Assembly: GCA_023920165.1 (NCBI GenBank)
Contig: CP089280.1
Span: 2,852,001-2,896,455 of the forward strand
Source of the DNA: Curvularia clavata
Lineage: Eukaryota
DNA length: 44,455 nt
Direction: 5' to 3'
A program made the translations under genes and the position numbers. Below, one piece after another: positions 36,794 to 44,455 of the stretch. Each line of letters begins with the position of its first letter. The first letter of the stretch is position 1. The notes under the pieces were generated by a model that saw nothing but the letters and a program-made list of their open reading frames with translations, did not search any database and was not told the origin of the DNA.

Positions 36794-37461
36794 ATGCCTC
36801 TTCGTTGTCCGCCCGGTGCGCTGCCGGATGCGTATCGCTTCATCTGTCTGCGAGCTGTCCGCGCCTTGGCGCGCCGTCAGTTCGACATTGCTTACGCCTA
36901 CCCGTCCGATTCCTCCAAGAAGTGTCTTTATTGCACCCAGCAGAAGGAGAAGTGCGATCCTGTAAGTTTGCTTCTCTTTTCCTTCACTGTTTGCAGCTTG
37001 GCTAACCCGGATAGGTTCCCGAGTACGTCTTCGAGGAGTTTCACGATTTGATCGATGCCATCGAGTTGTGTGCCATCGCTCGGTATGGCCCTGCAGTTGA
37101 TGCCGATACGGAGGTATTGCTTGATCGAATCGCTGCCGCCGCTTTGGACATCGCCCGCAAGGTCCAAGTTGTCAGGTCCCAGGAGAAGGAGCTTTCAGTC
37201 AATCAGCTCCTCGTCGCCCAGAACCAGGTCCTGAGGGACATCCGAGACAGCATCTCGGAGTTGGTCGATACAGTCAATGGCATGGAAAGGCGCCTTTCGC
37301 GTCTTGAGGCCAGGTCGGCTCGGGGTGGCGCCCGGGTCGGCCCTCGGGTCGAGGAGTCGGAGGAATGGTCTGGTTTGTCCTCCTCCTCAGAGGAGGACAA
37401 GGGTGCGGTTGACCAGGAGATGGCCGACGCTGAGCAGGAGCGCTCTGATGTTGAACTTTGA
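36794..37461 (+). CDS. Extra antisense spliced gene inside the retrotransposon, about 204 aa (Cys-cluster N-terminus, predicted coiled coil, acidic tail)
   Basis: Exon 1 is 36794-36961 (56 codons). A 53-nt intron (GTAAGT..GCTAAC..TAG) spans 36962-37014. Exon 2, 37015-37461, is in frame. Protein: MPLRCPPGALPDAYRFICLRAVRALARRQFDIAYAYPSDSSKKCLYCTQQKEKCDP|VPEYVFEEF...EQERSDVEL. Confidence 0.72.
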
Positions 37462-37559
37462 GTGAGGTGACATTTTGGGGGTTTGTTGGTGGTTGTGGGG
37501 TTCGGGTCCGAGTTTCCTTTGTTACTGATACCCAATGAAGTTTCTGTTTTTCCTTTTCT

Positions 37560-40500
37560 TTAAATTTTGTCATCCTGCAGTGAAGTCATATCCTCTGTGC
37601 CTTGTTCCCATGCCGTGATCCACTTGCCAAGGGAACGTGGGGGTCCCGGTTTGGTGGGATGTTGTTCATGGAAGAGTTTGAGCTTGTGTGGGGCTCCCAT
37701 GAAGTTTGAGGCTGGGTACCAGGTAGGATCCGGGTCATGTCCGACCCACCGTACTTGGTATTTTAGGTTTGAGCGGTACAACTTGCTTGCTAGGATTTCT
37801 TCTACCTCCCATTCTTCCACGCCTTGGATGGGAGTTGCTGGGGGCTTTGGAGGTTCTTGTCCTGGGAGGGGGTCTTGAGGATCTTTGCATAATAGATCCG
37901 GGGCGAAGACATCATGGATCCGGGACCTTTTCGGAAGGTCCAAGCGGTATGAATGTCCTACCTTCTCAAGTACCCTGAAGGGTCCCTCCCATTTGGAGGA
38001 TAGCTTCCTACTCGGACGGTCTGACGCGAGGTTCCGGGTACTTAGGAAGACCATGTCTCCCACATCCCAGTCAACAGAACGACGATGGCGGTTGACTGTG
38101 GTTCGCATCCTGTCCTGGGCTTTCTCCATTTGTTCCTTAGCTACCTTCCATGCGTCGTGCATGCGGGTAGCCATTTCCAATGCATCCTTATGGTTGAGTT
38201 TGTCAGTGGGGGTGAGAAGGCTGGTGGAATGTTTCCAGTCCCAACTCTGCCGGGGTTCGGAACCATATAGGATGTGGTACGGGGACATGCCAATGGAAGA
38301 ATGTGGTAGGGAAATTTGAGCACGATCGATCAAAGGTAGAAGTCCACTCCAGTTGTCTTGGTAGTAGGATACGAATGGGCGCAACCTCTGATCGATGTAC
38401 TTATTCATAATCTCTGTCTGACCATCCGTTTCTTTGTGGTAGGCGGTTGACAGCTTGACCTTAACGCCTAGGATTCGGCAGAATTCCGACCAGAAGCTTG
38501 AAATGAACTGTGGTCCTCGGTCAGAGACTATGGTTTCAGGTGTGTGGCCAAATCGGTACACCCATTGAACGAATAGGTCGGCCATTCCCCTTGCATCAAT
38601 AGTCTTGTGGCAGGGGATGGAGATGGCCTGCTTAGATAACCGGTCGATCACGACCATGATCATGTCGTAACCGGATCGGTCTCGGGGAAATTCCTTAAAG
38701 TCGATGCACAGGTGCTGCATCGGCCGGTCAGGAGAATTGGCAAAGGATGAATCATCCCTGGAATTCGGGTCTGTCTAGGATGGGCCTTCCTACAGGCTAT
38801 GCAATTCCGCACATACCTTTTACAGGTGGATTCCATACCCTTCCAGTGGTACTTCTGGGACAGTAGTTGGTAGGTCTTCTTTGCACTGGGGTGCGCTGAG
38901 GATACCTGGTCGTGTACTTCCCGAATGAGGCGAGTCACAAGGGTAGAGGTGGAAGGAATGCATAGGCGGTTGGAATAGAGCAGGAGTCCGTTTTCGATCC
39001 GGTATCTGTCCGGAAGGGACCTTCGCTCTGCCCCAAACGAGGCTCGGTTCTCTTGTAGGATAGACTCGATCAGCTCCAGCGAATCGAGGGACATCGGCTC
39101 CGATATGGGCTCAACTACAAGTAAGGAGAAAGATTCCGCTTGGAGTTGGGCTACATAGGTCTTAGCAAGTTCGGAGTTGATTCGGTTGTCAAGTCGGTGC
39201 GGTCCCAGGAGGACCCGCGAACGGTTGTCAATTTGGGCTGTCTTCAGATTCCCCACATCTTGCTCCCGTCGGGAGAGGATGTCAGCACGAGCATTATCCT
39301 TTCCGGGGGTGTATCGGATGTGGAAATTGAAGGATGCCAACTCTTCCGCCCATCGCACCTGGCGGGCATTCAGAACTTTGGTAGTCATGAAGTATTCAAG
39401 GGAACGGTGGTCTGAGTACACGTCGACACGAGAGCGTACCGACAGCAGTTCAGGTCGCCACTTGCTAAACGCCGTTACGATGGCGAATAGTTCTTTGTCG
39501 TGTATTTCCCAGTTCAGCTCAGACCCGGATAGGACCTTGCTGAAGAATGCTACAGGACACCAATTTCCATTTGGCTGCTTTTGGGAAAGAACGCCTGCCA
39601 CAACGCCATCGGACGCGTCGGTCTCCACCTTGGTATCATACTCTGGATGGTAGTGGTACAAGGTGGGAATTGCCAGCAGTGCAGATTTTAACCTTTCAAA
39701 GGCTTGGTCGCACTCCGAATCCCATACGAATGGTCTTGAGGGGCTCTGGAGGGCGAGGAGAGGTTTCGCAATTCGCGAGTATTCAGGAACGAACTGCCTG
39801 TAGAACCCAGTGAACCCTAGGAACGACTTCACACCAGTAACGGTGGTAGGTCGGACCCAATCTTGAAGGGCTTCCACCTTGTCAGGGTCCACCTCTAGAC
39901 CTTGGTTGGTCAAAATGTACCCTAGGTATTTGGTCCGAGTGACATGGAATTCGCTTTTCTTGATGTCAACTTGGAGACCGGCTTGCCTAAGCCTTTCCAA
40001 GACCTGTTGTACGTGGCGGGGGTGGTCCGGTTCCGATTCGGAGTAGATCAAAATGTCGTCTAGGTAGACTATGCAGAAGCTGTCTAGATAATCAATCAAC
40101 ACATCATTCATGTAGCGTTGATATGTTGCAGGGCCGTTGCATAATCCAAAAGGCAACACTTTGGACTTGTAGGTTCCGTATCTAGTGCGGAACGTGGTGT
40201 ACTCCTCCGAGTCGGGGTGCATTCGGATCTTGTTGAATGCCGCACGTATGTCGAGCTTGGTGAAGATTTTCGCCTTGTGGGTGCGGGCTAGAAGCTCGTC
40301 AATGCGTGGTATCGGATACGCATCCTTTCTGGTGATTGCGTTGAGTCGGCGGTAATCTACACAGATGCGAATGTCTCCGTTTGGCTTCCGAACACAAAGG
40401 ACTGGGGAGGCGAAGGGGCAGTGGCTTGGGTCAATGTGTCCTTTCCTAAGGTTTTCCATTACGAACGTCTTGGTGGCTTCGAGTTCTTCAGTGCTCTGCT

Positions 40501-41497
40501 TGTACAGAGGACTGAATTGATTCGGAAGAGGTTCGGTCAGCACAATCTTATGATCGTATGGGCGATGTTCGGGCAGTAGCTCTGCCGCTGTCTTGCTGAA
40601 GACATCGCGGTACGAATGGTAAGCGGATGGAAGTCGGTCCCGAACAAGTTTGGCGTTTTCGGGATCGTCTGGCTTCATGCGCTCTTCTAAGATGCGATCG
40701 ATCTCATAGATACTTGTCGTGAAGAACTCGTTTTCCTTACGCTTCATAGAATAATGGAAAGCATTTGCCGAAATGATGGCGATACGGGGTGAAGATGTTG
40801 GTCGGATAGGGTCCGGAGTAGGGTCGGGAACAGGTAGTGGTAGACGAACCTTGGGAAGTTTGAGGCATCCTCTAATTCTTCGCATGAGAGCTTTGCGAGG
40901 ACTGTTTTGCCTACGGTAGTTGTCCTTTTCCCATAGTGCGTCTCGCCTCTGTATGTCCCGTTCCACATCAGCATCGATGGAAGGTTGTTTCAACTGTACA
41001 AGGATAGGTGGCGCGGGATCATATGTTGGAGGGTACTTGGCCGGCCATACGATCCGGTTCCGGCTCGTATCAAGCCTAAGCTGGAAACGTCTTAACCACT
41101 TGATTCCAATTATGCAGTCCTGTGTCCCTAGATCCATGATCACGAAGGGACAGTTGTAAATCTTTCTTCCATCGATTCGGATATGTAACCGAATATATTT
41201 GTCTACCCTAGTTTGGACTTGGTCCTGAAATCCTTTGACTGTGATCTTGAAGGGAAGTCTTCGGATGGGGACCTGAAGGGAGCCGGAGAGGGTACGAGCA
41301 ATAGCAGAATTTAAGAATAAAAAGCCTTGGGCTCCAGTGTCAACTAAGGAGTGCAAGCTGACACCAAACCCTTTCGAACAAAGAACGGTGGGTACTAGGA
41401 AGTGTTTTCCTCCGAACAAGTGGGATAAATCAATTTTAGCTAGATCGTACTTGTTCATGCCTAGGGCGGAGAGTTTTCCTAGGCCTGGTGGTTTCCC
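37560..41497 (-). CDS. pol: Pol polyprotein (protease, RT, RNase H, integrase, chromodomain) with an internal frameshift at about 38733
   Basis: LVDTGA, YLDDILIYS, ETDASD..IHDKEL, HDQVSSAH..CIAC, IVSDRGPQF..TDGQTE, GPF and chromodomain EWEVEEIL..YQVRWVG. Split across ORFs 38660-41584 and 37560-38720. Confidence 0.92.
41459..41497 (-). promoter_or_regulatory. -1 ribosomal frameshift signal (GGGAAAC slippery site plus downstream hairpin)
   Basis: G GGA AAC at 41497-41491 lies in the gag/pol overlap. It is followed by the stem GCCTAGG-N12-CCTAGGC. Confidence 0.75.
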
Positions 41498-42669
41498 GCC
41501 CGGTCCTCCTCCGATAAGTATTCGTGTGCTTCTTCGAATTCTTCCTTCTCTGCTTCGATTTCTCGAACCCGAGGAATGGGGCACTCATTCGCATAATGTC
41601 CAGGTTTTCCGCAGTTATAGCAATTGCTAGTAGTCGGTTTGCTATCCAGTGCGGGGGTCTTTGAAGGGAACCTGGGGGTATTAGAATGAGCGCGAGATTG
41701 GGTCGGAGCTGGTTCGGATCGGACTCCATAAGTGTTTGGGCGGTAGTCCCGGTATTGACTGACGCGGGGCTTCGTTGGTGGAGTACGAGAATTATTGGAA
41801 GTGGGTTCCGAACCGTGTCCGAAAGGAGTGTTCCTTCTTTCGGTATCGAAGGCAGTAAGGTGTTGTATCATCTTGTCAAAGGAGTTGTTCCACTGGTGTT
41901 TAAATCCCAAGTTTGGAACACGCAAGGCGGGGGTAATTTTTTCCCATAAGTAGAAAAACCACTCCGACTTCGATACGGATCCTTTGACGGCAGCACTTAT
42001 AAATTTTGCCTTAAATTCAGCGAAGGTTTCCTTTTTGTCCATGAGCAAGCGGTGGAAAGCAGCGCGGCTTTCCGCTTGCTCGTTGCCGGATACGAAGTAT
42101 GATTTTAGAGTAGCTATCATATCTTCGGCGTTTTGGAACCGGTCCTCCACCGAATCGGCTAGGTACTGTGGTTCCAGGTATCCCTTGGCGATACCTGTAG
42201 TATGTCCCCAGACTAGAGCCATGCGTGCGCGTTCACTCCGATAATGGTCCGCGTTGATTGTTAAGCGGTCCTCTATTGACGCTTGCCATTGGCGGAACGT
42301 AGGTTCTGTTCCATCACTAAGGTTATCAATGGAAGGGGTACGTTCTGTGAGTTTGACACGTAGCAGGTCCGGGGTTGCTGACTGGTACCTTCCGAATTGA
42401 GTTTCGGTTGGTTCAGCGATAGTCGGTGGTGATTCGGTGGAGGGGAGAGGTTGATCTGGGGCTGCGGTGTTTTGGCGGGACAGCCGTGCGATTTGTTCGT
42501 TTAGCCTGTCGATCTCTGCCCGAAGGAGGCTAGTCTCATCCTCTTCCGAATCCTCTTCCTCTTCGACGGCTGGCGGTTTGCCAGGCGTCTTCTCTCTTGA
42601 CTTCGAATCTTGGAAGCGCGGCGACTTCCTGGAAAGCTCTCCTGAGCCGGATGGGGTTCGGTCAGCCAT
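41479..42669 (-). CDS. gag: Gag protein, 396 aa
   Basis: Retrotransposon gag region with C-terminal zinc knuckle CYNCGKPGHYANEC. Confidence 0.93.
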   Translation of the reverse strand: MADRTPSGSGELSRKSPRFQDSKSREKTPGKPPAVEEEEDSEEDETSLLRAEIDRLNEQIARLSRQNTAAPDQPLPSTESPPTIAEPTETQFGRYQSATPDLLRVKLTERTPSIDNLSDGTEPTFRQWQASIEDRLTINADHYRSERARMALVWGHTTGIAKGYLEPQYLADSVEDRFQNAEDMIATLKSYFVSGNEQAESRAAFHRLLMDKKETFAEFKAKFISAAVKGSVSKSEWFFYLWEKITPALRVPNLGFKHQWNNSFDKMIQHLTAFDTERRNTPFGHGSEPTSNNSRTPPTKPRVSQYRDYRPNTYGVRSEPAPTQSRAHSNTPRFPSKTPALDSKPTTSNCYNCGKPGHYANECPIPRVREIEAEKEEFEEAHEYLSEEDRAGNHQA

Positions 42670-42949
42670 CGACGGTTGTCTTCGTGGCTGATGGGTTTTT
42701 GGTAGTCTCCGAGTCTCTACCTTGGCGCAATCTACGCGACTTCTCCGAAGTTAACCTGACTGCAATCAGTACAGGAGGTCCAAACCCAAAGGCTTCGGTC
42801 GGCGGGAGATCGAAGGGATCCCGCCTGTGTGTGAATGTGGGACGTAACGGTGTGAAGTATCCGGAGCGGTTCCGGAGGGACTTGGGCTTGGGCGCGGTCT
42901 CAACAAACAAGCTGCGATATTGTTTTGAAGGCCGTCACCGGCTGGGACG

Positions 42950-42962
42950 AGATTTTTGATAT
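42950..42962 (-). other. Self-priming (Tf1-type) primer binding site
   Basis: Minus-strand ATATCAAAAATCT lies 2 nt inside the 5' LTR boundary and is perfectly complementary to LTR sequence 43093-43105. Confidence 0.75.
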
Positions 42963-42964
42963 AA

Positions 42965-43235
42965 TGTAACGGCGCGAGCAAGACTAGTCGAATCGGTTCC
43001 GGTGGGAAGTGTCACTCAAATGCATATGGAAGTGCGTGGGACAGCAGAAACACCTTGGATTCGGTAGACACTCATAGGCCTGGTACGAAAGGATATCAAA
43101 AATCTACCGAACATCTATGGAAGGTACCTGGTACTTATACCTGGGTGCGGGTCTTCATCGGGTCTGACCCGGCTCTCAATCGGATCTTGATAAGCTGCCC
43201 TGGCTGGGGTATGTTTTGGTCTATGCATGGTTACA
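42965..43235 (-). repeat. 5' LTR (271 bp)
   Basis: Identical by eye to 36038-36308. Confidence 0.97.
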
Positions 43236-44337
43236 ACTGGCAAGAACTGGGTTGATAACTTTATTAAGCAAACTCCTAAGATCTATACGCGCTAGAGCCG
43301 TCCCTATAATCACCAGCAAGCCGCCTATAAGGATCTAGTAGCTATCTAACGCTGGTTTAACTTAGTCTAGGCGATGAAGTAGAAGTGGGGTATTGTAGAC
43401 AACGATATATATAATTTTGACGAGACTAGCTTTATAATAGGTAAAATTTTATTATAGTTAGTTATTACAGGCTCAGAAGAATATAGCAAAAAGAAGCGGG
43501 TATAGCCAAACAACTGTGAGTAGGTTACTACAATCTAAGGCGTAGACGCGTTGGGTTGCTAGATACTACCCTTTATTATTTTTGCGGGCAAGGTACTTAT
43601 TAACGTCTAGTTTAAAAATTTGCCTACTGACTGGGTTCTTAAAGTTAGTTCTAATAGCTGGACGAATAATTAGCTTGGTATTGCCTAGCTAGAGTACTTT
43701 GATATCTATACAAAGAGGCATACTATAGATAGGTATCGACTACTGATTATTGATGGCCATAAGAGCTACTGCTCCGTCAAATTTTAAGATCTTTGTAAGG
43801 AGAAGAATATCGTTCTTCTCTGCATATCTGCGCACTCGTCTCACCTGTTGCAGCCTCTTGACGTCGCCTACTTCTCGCCGTTGAAGCGCAAGTATGGCGA
43901 CGCTGTTTCAGGCTTGGCACGCAACCACACCAACTATATTAGTAAGGAGACCTTCCTGCTAGCCTTTAAGGCGGCTTTTAAGCAGTCTATTACAAAAGAG
44001 AATATCTAAGCTAGCTTTAGAGGCGCTGGTCTAGTCCTACACAACCCACAGGCTATACTATTAAAGCTTGATGTGGTGGTGCAGACACCACATCAATCAC
44101 CGCGATAGGCAGCCGCCTGGGAGGCGTAGACACTACGCAACGCGCGCGAGGTTGAGGCTTAAATTGATCTTATTCAACAGAGCGTGAGAAATCGCCGTGG
44201 GTCTTCTGCTAATTCACTTACCGAGCAGATCGCGCAGTTGAGTAAAGGGGCTCAGCAAATGGCACATAAGATGGTGCTTCTGACAGAGAAAATTACTACT
44301 CTTCAAGCGGCTCTTGACGAGTCAAATAAGCGTAAGA

Positions 44338-44455
44338 TAGGGTTAGGGTTAGGGTTAGGGTTAGGGTTAGGGTTAGGGTTAGGGTTAGGGTTAGGGTTAG
44401 GGTTAGGGTTAGGGTTAGGGTTAGGGTTAGGGTTAGGGTTAGGGTTAGGGTTAGG
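44338..44455 (+). repeat. Telomere (TTAGGG)n
   Basis: Perfect TTAGGG array (18 full units plus partial ends) running to the end of the sequence, with the G-rich strand 5'->3' toward the end. Confidence 0.97.

Larger units (their letters stand above)
36038..43235 (-). mobile_element. Young, un-RIPped Ty3/gypsy chromovirus LTR retrotransposon (7198 bp)
   Basis: Identical 271-bp LTRs (TGT..ACA) and 5-bp TSD ACTGG (36033-37 and 43236-40). Order gag-PR-RT-RH-IN-chromodomain. PPT and PBS present. Confidence 0.97.
35631..44337 (+). mobile_element. RIP-mutated pogo/Fot1-type DNA transposon, interrupted by the gypsy element and 3'-truncated by the telomere
   Basis: TA followed by left TIR ACGTGGTTCACAAGCGAGCGG. 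ATG at 35712. Transposase relic resumes after the TSD at 43241: YNFDETSF, LLIIDGHKSY, HSSHLLQPLDV. About 1.5 kb in total, with no right TIR. Confidence 0.9.

Noticed and set aside
36300..37005. Overlapping 221-aa and 163-aa plus-strand ORFs in the retroelement 3' region
   Set aside because: GC-rich alternative frames with no motif or splice support. The frame starting at 36794 explains the region better.

Overview
This is the right-hand end of a filamentous ascomycete chromosome (Pezizomycotina with RIP). It terminates in a (TTAGGG)n telomere. From left to right: (1) an intact five-exon DUF3435 tyrosine recombinase of the Starship 'captain' type on the minus strand, so any element it heads would extend leftward out of the window, with its 5' end near 3.6 kb. 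(2) A RIP-mutated transposon graveyard: a truncated Ty3/gypsy element, a telomere-linked-helicase relic, a SNF2-like helicase relic and pogo/Fot1 elements. (3) A gene-sparse accessory region: an intronless processive GT2 glycosyltransferase, a DUR3-like urea transporter pseudogene, an UNC93-like MFS transporter, a LysM pseudogene, a hypothetical protein, an integral membrane protein and a DUF985 cupin, with solo LTRs and a hAT-type MITE. (4) A RIP-mutated pogo transposon that is split by a young, un-RIPped Ty3/gypsy chromovirus (identical 271-bp LTRs, ACTGG target-site duplication) and truncated directly by telomere repeats. The most unusual element is this young retrotransposon: besides gag-pol it carries an extra, spliced, antisense gene (about 204 aa; Cys cluster, probable coiled coil and acidic tail) between integrase and the 3' LTR, and it has a Tf1-type self-priming PBS. 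All calls are from reading the sequence by eye; no database searches were run.
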